DNA from: Nanobdellota archaeon | Lineage (GTDB): Archaea > Nanobdellota > Nanobdellia > Woesearchaeales > UBA583 | Assembly: GCA_022565615.1 (NCBI GenBank) | Contig: JAIUMM010000004.1 | Location: 622 to 64,621 of the forward strand | Length of the DNA stretch: 64,000 nt | Direction: 5' to 3' | Shown here: positions 21,508-31,685 of the stretch, one piece after another | How positions within the stretch are numbered: the first letter of the stretch is position 1 | Layout of the letters: every line of letters begins with the position of its first letter | Translations under genes and position numbers: made by a program | The notes under the pieces: generated by a model | What the model was told of the DNA's origin: nothing | Databases searched by the model: none | What the model saw: the letters and a program-made list of their open reading frames with translations, nothing else

Positions 21508-22362
21508 ATGAAAAATCATCTTAGTGATATTTTACTTGAAAGAGGTCTCTTTTTATTAAATTTTATTTTTGTAATTATGATGATTGTTATCTTTTATTTT
21601 GAATTAAACTTAGAATACTTCTTTTACTCAGTAATTATTATAACATTTGTATTTTCTTACTACTTCTTTAAAAAAAATAAAACTTTCTCAAAAGGAATTA
21701 TACTTACTAATCTTTTTGTATATTTTTACTTCTTATATCCATATATTGCTGAATTTATATCTCAAGCAATCCCTCAAATTAGTACATATGCTTTAATACT
21801 TTATACATTATTTTTAGCATAAATATTTTTAGAATTTTTAGGAAAAAAAGATGAAGTAATTAATTCAGTTACTAATTCTAAATTAAAACACATAATTTTA
21901 TTAATTCCTTTTAGTATACTAGGAGGACTTATTTTTTTCATAATAGGTGAGCCCATTCCTAAAGAATCTTTTTTTATAAGTACATCATTTTTAAGTATAA
22001 TTTTTTCAATGTTTATCTTAGCTTTATTAATAGGAATTAGTGAACAATTATTATTTACAGGATTTGTATACAATACATACAAAACTATGACTACTGAACT
22101 TGATGCTCAAATTCAAACTTCAATTTTATTTGTAGCATTTCATATGATTAGAATACAAGTACTCATCGAGAGTTTTGTGACATTTTATTTTGAACTTGCT
22201 TATGTGTATCTAATATTATATTTTTTAGCATTATTTATATTTATGAATATTAGTATTATGCTATTTAGAGGATATAAAAATGTAAAAGGAAGTTTATTAT
22301 ATTCTATATTATTTCATACATTTGTAGATTTTTCATTAATATTATTTGTCCTATTTATTTAA
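21508..22362 (+). pseudogene. CPBP (Abi/CAAX type II) intramembrane metalloprotease-like gene interrupted by one in-frame TAA at 21820-21822
   Basis: ORFs 21508-21822 and 22009-22362 are in the same frame and the frame between them is open (IFLEFLGKKDEV...GEPIP...). Degenerate CPBP motifs ISEQLLFTG, FVAFH, HTFVD. Confidence 0.75.
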
Positions 22363-22465
22363 TTTATAATTTGCTCTAATTAGATTAATGAAATTTAAAA
22401 ATATTTGCTTCTTTAAAATGGAAAAAAGTATTTATAAACAAATTCTATCTAAAGTAATATAAGTT

Positions 22466-23797
22466 ATGGTAGAAAATAATTCTCTTGAAAAAAATAAATC
22501 TTCTAATTTAGTTGAAAAAGAAAGTCAAACTACTAATGATATAGGTGAGACTGAATCTCAAGAAAAAACTTCTCTAGTTAAAAATGATAGTACTAATTCT
22601 TCTCAAGAAGAAAAAAAAATAGATGAAAACACAGATAAAGAATCAGATAATAACGTTAGTGATAAAACCACTAAAGTAGAAGAAGAAGTTGACCCTCACG
22701 AAGAGTCATTTTCTCATGAAGAAATGCAAGCACTTGAAGAACAAGAGAAAGGATTTTTTTCAAAAATAGCATCTAAATTTTCAAAAAAAGAAGATAATAA
22801 AGATGAAGATGATAATAAAGATTCATTTGAAATACTCAATCAAAAAGAAATAAGTAGAGCAATTTCAAAATTACAAAATCAAAATCAAAATCAATCCATT
22901 GAATTTGATAAAATTGTAGGTAAATTTGAAGTTTTGAATCAAAAAGAAAGTGAAATTAGTGAACACTTGCAAGAGTCAAATGAAAAAATTGGAGAACTTA
23001 GAAGTACGGTTTTAGGAAGAGAGAGAATGTTTAATAAACTTGAAGATGATTTCAATTCTGTTAAATATATAGTAAATACATTTAAACCTGAAAATATTGA
23101 TAAAAGATTTGATGAATTAAATAAACAATTTGCAAAACTAAGTAGTGGAGTTGAAAGAACTGATACTAAAACTAAGCAAATGGAAGATAAACTTGCAAAA
23201 TATTCAGTTTTAATGGAAAAAATTAAAAATTATGAGAGTTTATTATTTCAATTAGATAAAATTAAATCGACTGAAAAACATATCTCTGATATGAAACTCA
23301 CTATTGAAAAATATATGTCAAAAATTGAAATTATGTCTTTAAACATTAGTGATAGTACTTCTATGATTAAATCAACAAATCAATTAGCATATGACAATCA
23401 AGAAAGTATTAAAGATTTAATTAAATCTCTCTCAAAGCTTGAAGCTAAAAGTGATATTTTAGTAAAACAAGAAAATTTTAATTTTTTAAAAGAAGATGTT
23501 GAAGTGATTAAAAAAGTATTATTTGACTCAGAATTCAAAAAAGCAAAAAAACTAGTTACTAATGAAGTATATTTACAAAATTCTAACTCTCAATTAAATG
23601 AAGAAAGTTCTAGAGATTCTAATCAAAATAAAAATATTAATACTAATCTAAATAATGATAAAACTAAAAAAGTAATTGAATATATTACCTCACATAAAGA
23701 AGAATTCTCAAAAGAACAAATTAAAAAAAGTTTACTAAAGGCAAATATTGATGAGGAATTAATTGATACTTGCTTTAAAGAAGTATTCTCTAAATAA
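22466..23797 (+). CDS. Coiled-coil protein with acidic disordered N-terminus and small C-terminal helical domain
   Basis: Heptad-rich central region; C-terminal VIEYI...FSKEQIKKSLLKANIDEELID. Confidence 0.65.
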   Translation: MVENNSLEKNKSSNLVEKESQTTNDIGETESQEKTSLVKNDSTNSSQEEKKIDENTDKESDNNVSDKTTKVEEEVDPHEESFSHEEMQALEEQEKGFFSKIASKFSKKEDNKDEDDNKDSFEILNQKEISRAISKLQNQNQNQSIEFDKIVGKFEVLNQKESEISEHLQESNEKIGELRSTVLGRERMFNKLEDDFNSVKYIVNTFKPENIDKRFDELNKQFAKLSSGVERTDTKTKQMEDKLAKYSVLMEKIKNYESLLFQLDKIKSTEKHISDMKLTIEKYMSKIEIMSLNISDSTSMIKSTNQLAYDNQESIKDLIKSLSKLEAKSDILVKQENFNFLKEDVEVIKKVLFDSEFKKAKKLVTNEVYLQNSNSQLNEESSRDSNQNKNINTNLNNDKTKKVIEYITSHKEEFSKEQIKKSLLKANIDEELIDTCFKEVFSK

Positions 23798-23841
23798 AAA
23801 ATTTAATACTTTTAACTACAAATTAATTTTTAGTGTAATTT

Positions 23842-26800
23842 CTATTCTTTTTTTCCTAATTTTTCTAAAACTGAATCTTTAATTGAGTTTAAAGATTTTG
23901 AAATTTTATAAGAATAAGATGAGTCTAGTAAATGTTGAGTCATTTTTTCAACTTCTTCAATTTTTTCAAGTAAGTATACTTTTTCAAAATTTTTAGTTTC
24001 ACTAATTTGATCAACTCTTCTTTTAACTCTTTTAATTAATTCTTCTGCTTCATCTAATTTTAAATCTTTATTTAATTGTTTAATTTTATTTATTTGTATA
24101 AATACATCTAACTCTAAATTTTTATTTTCATCTTCTTCATCATTCTCTTTTGGTACTGAATTTGGAACTGTACTTACAGTAGAATTAGAAGATTGTGATG
24201 AATTATTTAACTCAGGATTAGATTTTATTTTATTATGCTTTGAATAATTATTTATCTCTTGCTTAGTATCGCGAAGAGGAGTTGATATTTTTTTAGAACT
24301 ATTATTTTTAGAATAATTTTTAAAAAATACTTGTAATTCACTCATTTTAGTAAATATAAAACTTGCCTGTTTCAACTCCGACCTATTTAAATTTAAAAAA
24401 TGATAGTTTTTATTATAAAAAACAACTAATGAATTAAATTCTTCTTCTCCTTGGGATAAATCTTTTTTTGAAATTAATTGTTCAATTCTTACAATTCTTA
24501 AATTAATACTATTCATAATTCCTCTAGTTTCATTACTGCTTAAAATATTTGAATTTGAAATAAACTTATCTCTTTTTTTTTCAAGATAATTTTTAAATAA
24601 ATAAATATATATCTGATCTCTTTTTATAATAATCATAGTTCCTAAATAAGTTGAACTTAATATGAAAAGAATTAAAAATACAATTAAGAATATATATTTT
24701 AAAACTAATGAACTAATTAGTATTGAAATTAATAATAAAATATTATCTAATTTAGAAAATCTATTTTCATAATTATTATTTATAAAATCTAAATGACTCA
24801 TATCAAATGTTATTAAATATAAATTACTAAACTCTTCTTCTAGAATATTATCTAAAAGAGTATTTTTCTCTAATTCATTTAAATTTTGAATATCTATATT
24901 TCTTGTTTGTAAAATATGATTTTTCTCTAATTCATATCTTAAATAAATTTGTGAATTAGCATCAATAAGTTTACTATATAAAAAAGACATATTAACTAAT
25001 TTTAAATGTTCCACATTAAATTCATTTTCTAAAAAAGTAATCTCGTCATATAAATTCAATATATTTTCTTTAATATAAATATCTTGAATTTTAAACTCAC
25101 AACTATTTGAAATTTGAACATCTACAATTAAAGAGTTTTTTTGAGATTTATTTTCAAAAATATATCTCTCAACATCTATACAAGTGTTAATTAATGAAAT
25201 TAAATAATTCTCATCTAATTTTAAAATTGATTTTGAATTTAAATAATTAAAAAGTTCTACAGTTGTATTATCCCTAATATTGCTATTATTCTCATTAGCA
25301 TTATTATTTCTTGTTTGATTATCAATTAAAAAATCAGAAATTAAATACAAAGGTTCATATGAAAAATATCTCAATAAGATTAAATCATCACCTTCATCAA
25401 TATCTGAAATATTCTCTTGATTTGAACTATTATCTTCTAAAATTGGAAGTTCAAAATCAACTGTACTACTTCCTCCACCACCTCCTCCTCCACCTGAGTT
25501 AGATGAAGGAGGAGTTATTCTTGAAAATATGAAACTATCTTCTCCAATAAATGATAAATTTGAAAATTGATAATTAATTGATACTGGGACTTCATTAACA
25601 CTTTGAAGAAGTGTAATTTCTTTACTAATAATTACAGAAGAAGATGCATTTATTGAATCAATTAATACTGAAGTTGAATTTATTATACTTCCTGAAAAAT
25701 TTCTAATTTCATATAATGAGTTTGATGAAATATTAAATAATTCCAAAGTTGAATCATTAGATTCATACTCTAACTCAATTCTTAGAGTAAAATTAGTTTT
25801 TAAATCTAAAAAATTTGAATTTACTCTACAAAAAATTCCAATTCCACAAGAGATAATTTCATTTGTAATATCTCTTTGATTATCAATTATAAATGACGTA
25901 CTTGTATTAGTTAGAGATGAGCTATTTATATAAAAATAAAGCTCTTGTGAAATATTTTCAAATTCAAAAAATAAATCAACAAATGAATAAGGGCTCGTAT
26001 TATTAACTTCAAGAACAATACTCTCATTTCCAAATTGAATCATATTATTAAAAGAATTTTGAGAAATATTTTGAGTTGAATTTGATACTGAAATAGCAAT
26101 TGATTCATTAAAATATGTTGAGGTAAATGGTGGTAGAATATTAGACATATTTAAAGTTTGATTATTAAATAATGATTCTAGTGAAATATTAAAAAATGTA
26201 AATGGAGTTGGATTTATTATTTCATAGAATACTCTTGTTGGTGATTCTAAAAGTCCTGAAGTATTTGTGAAATTAAATTCTAATATATTTGTATCAATAG
26301 AAATTGTGATTGTTTCTGAGAAATTTAATCCCGTAGGAGATGTGAAAAAAAGTTCTAATTCACTTAAATTAGAGAGAGGAATAAAAGTAAGATTCAATTT
26401 TTGAGAATAATTATTTAATATAGAAGAATTAGAATTGTTATTTTCATTAATTAAACTTAAATTAGAAACTGTAAAATTTGCAATAGTAATAAAATTTGAA
26501 GAAATATTATATATATCAATTACTTGAGAAATATTTGAATAATTTGAGTTTAAAAAAACAGATATATTTTCTAAACTAACTAATTTATCATTAATAATTT
26601 CTACTTCAATTATTGAGAGTTGAAATAAATTGAATGATGAATCATATTCATATGAAGAATTTAATGAATTCATTAGCGTAAGTATTGATATATTAAAGTT
26701 ATTAAAACCCTCAAATTCAGTTACTAATGAAATATTTGAAAATTGCTCCATATCATCTTCAAAAGATAAATTTAAAGATATTAATTCAAATGAATTTGAA

Positions 26801-29800
26801 TTTAAGAATGGAAGACTAATCTCTGATGATAATGAACCTAATTGAGCTTCCTGAGTTGAATTTGTTATAGAAAAATTTACATTAGAAAAATTTAAAATTA
26901 AATTTTCAAGAGGAAAATCATAAAAATTTGTTAAATTAATAAAAAATTCATTATTAACCTGAGAAACATATAAATTTTTTAGTGTTAAGTTGGTAACTTC
27001 TCCTAAATTACTAACATTATAATTTAAAGTTCCTAAAAAATTTGAAACTCCACATCGTAATTCATTTCTTCCTCCATATGTTAAATTTAAGGTATAATTG
27101 AATTCAATTGTAGAATTAAAATCTAAATATATAATTGGATTTACTAAATTCCCATTCATTAATGTTTGCTCTGTTAATAAAACTGCTGATGAATTTTCTA
27201 ATGCTTCATTACCAATATTTTGAATTCTACATGATACTTCCATCAAGTCATTGAAGTTTAAAGTTGAATTTTGAATTAAAATAGTTATATTTAATTCAGG
27301 GGCTTTTAAATTAACATAATTAACTAAAGCATATGTATAAGAATTAATTAATTGTGCTTGTTGATTTGGAAACTCACATCTGTTCCTATCACTTACTGAA
27401 GAAGGAGCATTAGGGTCACAGTAATTTTGAGGTGATAAAGGTCTTGCATTTAATAAATTATTACCTAAATCAAAAATAAACTCTTCTTGATAAAACTGGT
27501 AACTCTTCCAAATTAAATTTTTAAATGTATAAAATTCTTCAATAGAACAATTAAAATCTAAACACAGTTGAGAATTATTTTCTATAAAAATCAAAATTTC
27601 ATCTCTTTGTGAAGTATCTAATAATTCAAAGTAATATAACCATGACAAATATTTGTTAGAGGAATTATCAAAATTATTAGACTCAGTAATTAAATCCTGA
27701 ACCCAATTTTTATATATATCATTTCCTGTAATTGAATATAAATTCGAATACGCTTTAATTGATTTATAAACTCCTTCTTCACCACAATTAAAATTATTAG
27801 ATAAAAAATTACATTCCTCCCAAACTGGATTGTTTGCAAATTTAAGAGCGTAATTTAAATGTGTGCTATTTTGAGTTACTCTAAATGAATTTACGTATCC
27901 ATCAATTAAAGAAGTTGCTCTAACTACTGCTGGCTTTCCAAGAGGATTTGTAATAAATGCAGTATTTACAGCCTCACAATTAAAATCATCACTAAATGGG
28001 TCACAAGTTGAATCATCACCTTGAGGGTCAATTTGAGTGGATGTCAAATTTCGTATAGCATTAAAAATAGTTAAATCATCATCAATTCTTGAATAATACA
28101 ATGATAGAGCAGAAATGTACTGGGCTTGCATATATTCAAACCTACAACTAGCTGAAAAATTAAAATCAAATGGATTACAAAAAAAAAGAGGATTTGAAAT
28201 CACTATATCTTCTGTTTTCTCCTCTAATTGAATAAATTCAGTTGGATTTGAGATAATATAATTTATTTGAGTAGGTTGTCTTATAACATCATTAATTTGA
28301 AAATAAAATTCATAAAAAGAAGAAGCATTTATTAATGAATTATTTAATATAATATTGTTTGATGAAGAATTGATATGAAATTCAATAAATGGTTCAAGTA
28401 ATTCTTGAGAATCTCTAAAATATAGTGTCGCATTATCAACATAAGAATGCTTTTTAAAAGAAATATTCAAATCACCATTATTTAAAAAAAAAGTTTCAAT
28501 ATCATAAAAATAGGTATTAGAATTAAAAAAATTATTTTTCAATAAATCGAATGAATTAAGTAAATTATATTGTAATTGTGAATTTATACATATAGATGAA
28601 TTTGAGTCAGAAGCGTCAGAACAATCTAAAACAACATTTGGATTTGATAGTACATTTAAACCCCATCTTTTTATAGAGTACCATTCATAACTATACTCTT
28701 CATAATGAATAAATAATTTAGATGAACTCTTAACTACAAAATTAAAATCTTCTACATTACAAGAACTCTCACAAATATTATTATTTAATTGGTATGAAGT
28801 ATAAGCTCTATTTAAATAAGACTCATTTTGCGTTAATTCGAATAATCGTGTTAGTGGATAAATCATATCGATACTGGAATCATAAGATGCAATATTTCCA
28901 AAATTAATTGCTCTATTTAAATAAGTATCATTCCCACTTCCTAAATATGCATCAATATACCCATTAATCATAGCACTTTGCCCTTTAGGATATGAACAAT
29001 TAAAACTTAAATTAATGAAGTTACAATCTCCATTTAATGGATTTGAATTAGAAAAGTTTATTGCATAATCTTTTAAAATTTCAATTTGTGTAAATTTATA
29101 AGATTTCCATAACGCAGATATAACTTCTCCTTGAATTTGAGCTGCAGAATAAAAATCATGAGTTGGTTGATAATTTCTTGAACTACAATTAAAATTACTC
29201 TCACTACAGCTTCCATCTGTTGACCATGAAGCATTAATTAAAGATTCTATAAAAATCATTGATTGTGAAGAATTATAATAATGATAATTATATGATTGTT
29301 TTAAGATTTCACTAACATGAAACAAAATAAATTCTGAATTAAAAGAAGAATTATTAGGTTTTGCAAATTGTGGATCCAGAGAATCATTAGATATTAAATT
29401 AATTATGTTTTCTTCAAATTCATCATAATTATTGTTAATATATTTATAAATAAATCCTTCTTCACTTGGAAACCTATTTAAGTTCTCATCTATAATATAA
29501 AATTTATACACTCCTTGATATTGAACAAATTGAGAAGGTATTACAAACTCACCTTGAGAATTAATTGAAAATGAATAATTAATGTTTTGATTATTATAAT
29601 TCATTATTAATTCTGGATTTAAAAAAGTTGGAGTTTCAATATTTACTCTACCTGTAATTTGTGAATCAATTTCTAATGAATTAAACTCAAGAGCTGAATA
29701 CCCACTAGTTGTTGAAAATATATTAATTAATGATATAAATAAAAATAGAATTAAAGTTAAAATTAATATTAAGACTCTTATTAAGACTCTACTTTTTTTT

Positions 29801-29823
29801 AAAATTAACTCATTAAATAACAT
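23842..29823 (-). CDS. Giant membrane-anchored surface glycoprotein (1993 aa) with duplicated Cys-rich helical-toroid-like modules and CARDB/Ig-like domains
   Basis: N-terminal TM/signal; two related modules with AY..SGN..YLNRA / LY.ITGN.IY motifs; many N-x-S/T sequons; poly-Gly linker; TM near aa 1700-1740; cytoplasmic tail. Confidence 0.75.
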   Translation of the reverse strand: MLFNELILKKSRVLIRVLILILTLILFLFISLINIFSTTSGYSALEFNSLEIDSQITGRVNIETPTFLNPELIMNYNNQNINYSFSINSQGEFVIPSQFVQYQGVYKFYIIDENLNRFPSEEGFIYKYINNNYDEFEENIINLISNDSLDPQFAKPNNSSFNSEFILFHVSEILKQSYNYHYYNSSQSMIFIESLINASWSTDGSCSESNFNCSSRNYQPTHDFYSAAQIQGEVISALWKSYKFTQIEILKDYAINFSNSNPLNGDCNFINLSFNCSYPKGQSAMINGYIDAYLGSGNDTYLNRAINFGNIASYDSSIDMIYPLTRLFELTQNESYLNRAYTSYQLNNNICESSCNVEDFNFVVKSSSKLFIHYEEYSYEWYSIKRWGLNVLSNPNVVLDCSDASDSNSSICINSQLQYNLLNSFDLLKNNFFNSNTYFYDIETFFLNNGDLNISFKKHSYVDNATLYFRDSQELLEPFIEFHINSSSNNIILNNSLINASSFYEFYFQINDVIRQPTQINYIISNPTEFIQLEEKTEDIVISNPLFFCNPFDFNFSASCRFEYMQAQYISALSLYYSRIDDDLTIFNAIRNLTSTQIDPQGDDSTCDPFSDDFNCEAVNTAFITNPLGKPAVVRATSLIDGYVNSFRVTQNSTHLNYALKFANNPVWEECNFLSNNFNCGEEGVYKSIKAYSNLYSITGNDIYKNWVQDLITESNNFDNSSNKYLSWLYYFELLDTSQRDEILIFIENNSQLCLDFNCSIEEFYTFKNLIWKSYQFYQEEFIFDLGNNLLNARPLSPQNYCDPNAPSSVSDRNRCEFPNQQAQLINSYTYALVNYVNLKAPELNITILIQNSTLNFNDLMEVSCRIQNIGNEALENSSAVLLTEQTLMNGNLVNPIIYLDFNSTIEFNYTLNLTYGGRNELRCGVSNFLGTLNYNVSNLGEVTNLTLKNLYVSQVNNEFFINLTNFYDFPLENLILNFSNVNFSITNSTQEAQLGSLSSEISLPFLNSNSFELISLNLSFEDDMEQFSNISLVTEFEGFNNFNISILTLMNSLNSSYEYDSSFNLFQLSIIEVEIINDKLVSLENISVFLNSNYSNISQVIDIYNISSNFITIANFTVSNLSLINENNNSNSSILNNYSQKLNLTFIPLSNLSELELFFTSPTGLNFSETITISIDTNILEFNFTNTSGLLESPTRVFYEIINPTPFTFFNISLESLFNNQTLNMSNILPPFTSTYFNESIAISVSNSTQNISQNSFNNMIQFGNESIVLEVNNTSPYSFVDLFFEFENISQELYFYINSSSLTNTSTSFIIDNQRDITNEIISCGIGIFCRVNSNFLDLKTNFTLRIELEYESNDSTLELFNISSNSLYEIRNFSGSIINSTSVLIDSINASSSVIISKEITLLQSVNEVPVSINYQFSNLSFIGEDSFIFSRITPPSSNSGGGGGGGGSSTVDFELPILEDNSSNQENISDIDEGDDLILLRYFSYEPLYLISDFLIDNQTRNNNANENNSNIRDNTTVELFNYLNSKSILKLDENYLISLINTCIDVERYIFENKSQKNSLIVDVQISNSCEFKIQDIYIKENILNLYDEITFLENEFNVEHLKLVNMSFLYSKLIDANSQIYLRYELEKNHILQTRNIDIQNLNELEKNTLLDNILEEEFSNLYLITFDMSHLDFINNNYENRFSKLDNILLLISILISSLVLKYIFLIVFLILFILSSTYLGTMIIIKRDQIYIYLFKNYLEKKRDKFISNSNILSSNETRGIMNSINLRIVRIEQLISKKDLSQGEEEFNSLVVFYNKNYHFLNLNRSELKQASFIFTKMSELQVFFKNYSKNNSSKKISTPLRDTKQEINNYSKHNKIKSNPELNNSSQSSNSTVSTVPNSVPKENDEEDENKNLELDVFIQINKIKQLNKDLKLDEAEELIKRVKRRVDQISETKNFEKVYLLEKIEEVEKMTQHLLDSSYSYKISKSLNSIKDSVLEKLGKKE

Positions 29824-29979
29824 GAATAATTATAATTGAAAATTTGTTTTTAATAATTTTAGGTTTATCTCAAGAGTTGTTATAAAAAAATTATGTTTGA
29901 AATTATTTATTAACGAGTTAAGAAATTAAAAAAATTGATTTTAAGTAAATAATAATGCAGTTATTAACTTAATTTTAAT

Positions 29980-31572
29980 TTAATTTAATTTAGAAATTTT
30001 TTTTAAATAATTAATAAAAGCAGTTATAACTTCTTCTCTTGCATATTCAACAAATTTAACTGAACCTGCATGTTCATGACCTCCTCCTTCTGCTCCTGTA
30101 TGAGATAATTCTTTACTCAAAATATCTGTACAAAATTCAGGAATGCTAAGACCTTTAATATCATCTCCAACTCTAATTGTTAAAAATGTTGAACCACTAG
30201 TCATTGTAATTACTGGTTTATTTAATTCTTCTTCAAACATTGCATGAATTAAATTTGTACTTTTTCCAACAGCTGGATATTGTCCTCTTGCCGTTCCTTT
30301 TTCCCCATCAAATTGAACTACATAAAATGGACCAAAATCTTCAACACTTGCGTATTGTTTTCCAATTTTTCTAGTTTTAGTATATAATTTTTCAATTTCT
30401 GGATACACTAAATTTACAATTTCTTTTTGAACGACTAAATTATTTCCAAAAATATCATCAAAAAATTCTCTTGCTTCTCCAAATCTCATATAATGAGATT
30501 GTAAATAGATTAAATCACCTAATTTTTCCATAAATTGAGTTGTATAGCCTTCTTTTTGAGCAAGTTCAACATATGTTTTCAACTCTAATCCATCAACATG
30601 ATCTAAAAGTCCAGCCATTGCAGGAATCATAACAGAGTTGTTATTGTCTTCATAAATAAATCTAGCAAGTTCGTACCCTAGCATTCCCGAACACACATTT
30701 GAATCAAATCCTTCTAAATAAGGATTAATATGACCATCAATAAAATAATCAACTTCAACATTACCATTTTCATCTTTTTCACCAGGATAGTGGTGATCTA
30801 TTACAACAATTGGACAATTATACAATTTCATTTGTTTATATGCAAAGATATCCTCATTAGTTGAACCATTATCAGTTACAATTACAAGAGGTTCTTTTGC
30901 ACCATTTTTCACCATATCTTTGAGCATCATTGAAACATCTTTTACAGCATCTTCATATTCATAAAAAGGTGCTCTTGAAGGAGCTCTTCTAAATAAATTA
31001 TACCTAGACATAACATCTCCTCCTGTACATTCATCCATAAATTTTAAAATTGCTCTTTCTAAACAAATTGCAGAAGAGTATCCATCACAATCTGCATCAT
31101 GTCTTAAAATAATTGGTCTTCTTTGGGCAACTGCTTTTCTAATAATACTTGCTACATGTAGAAATCTTGGTTTTAAAGCTTCAAGAACAGGACTTTGAAT
31201 TGTGAGTTCAATATCTTTTGCTTGAAATCTCTCTTCTTCTTTTTTTTCAATATATTCTTCAAAATCAGCTACATGTTCTTGAGAAATTTTTTTCATACTT
31301 CTCACTTCTCCTTCAATGCTACCTTGACGCTCACTCACTCTATATTCAACTTCTACTACATCCCCTAATTCACATTCAGGAAATGCTCTCTCACCTGGTT
31401 TAATAAACGCTTTAAATGTAAAAGATTGAGTTGAATCCATTAAAACCATAAGTGTTGGACCTGATGTTTGTTTAACAGTTTCAATTCTTCCAACACTTAC
31501 GTATGATTTTGAAATATCACCGTGTGATAAGTCACTAAATGGTTTAAATTTTTTAAAATCTAAATTACTCAT
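29980..31572 (-). CDS. RecJ-like DHH family nuclease with N-terminal OB fold
   Basis: HDADCDG, TDNG, DHH and GGGH motifs. Start moved to ATG 31572 (MSNLDFK), with TTTATAAA upstream. Confidence 0.9.
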   Translation of the reverse strand: MSNLDFKKFKPFSDLSHGDISKSYVSVGRIETVKQTSGPTLMVLMDSTQSFTFKAFIKPGERAFPECELGDVVEVEYRVSERQGSIEGEVRSMKKISQEHVADFEEYIEKKEEERFQAKDIELTIQSPVLEALKPRFLHVASIIRKAVAQRRPIILRHDADCDGYSSAICLERAILKFMDECTGGDVMSRYNLFRRAPSRAPFYEYEDAVKDVSMMLKDMVKNGAKEPLVIVTDNGSTNEDIFAYKQMKLYNCPIVVIDHHYPGEKDENGNVEVDYFIDGHINPYLEGFDSNVCSGMLGYELARFIYEDNNNSVMIPAMAGLLDHVDGLELKTYVELAQKEGYTTQFMEKLGDLIYLQSHYMRFGEAREFFDDIFGNNLVVQKEIVNLVYPEIEKLYTKTRKIGKQYASVEDFGPFYVVQFDGEKGTARGQYPAVGKSTNLIHAMFEEELNKPVITMTSGSTFLTIRVGDDIKGLSIPEFCTDILSKELSHTGAEGGGHEHAGSVKFVEYAREEVITAFINYLKKISKLN

Positions 31573-31685
31573 ATTATATATCAATTTGTATTTATTTATA
31601 AAGAGATAGTATATGAAGAATAGAAAAATAAGATAACTACTCAACTAATAATTTATAAATTAGTATAAATTAGTATTAAATAGAT

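Noticed and set aside
21820..21822. Stop-codon reassignment suggested by the in-frame TAA together with the aRF1 NIKD variant
   Set aside because: TAA terminates most conserved genes at the expected positions (dps, sod, gatB, aRF1), and TAG and TGA also act as stops; a single case is better explained as mutation or error
25471..25495. GC-richer CCT/CCA repeat
   Set aside because: Encodes the poly-Gly linker of the 1993-aa surface protein; not an independent element
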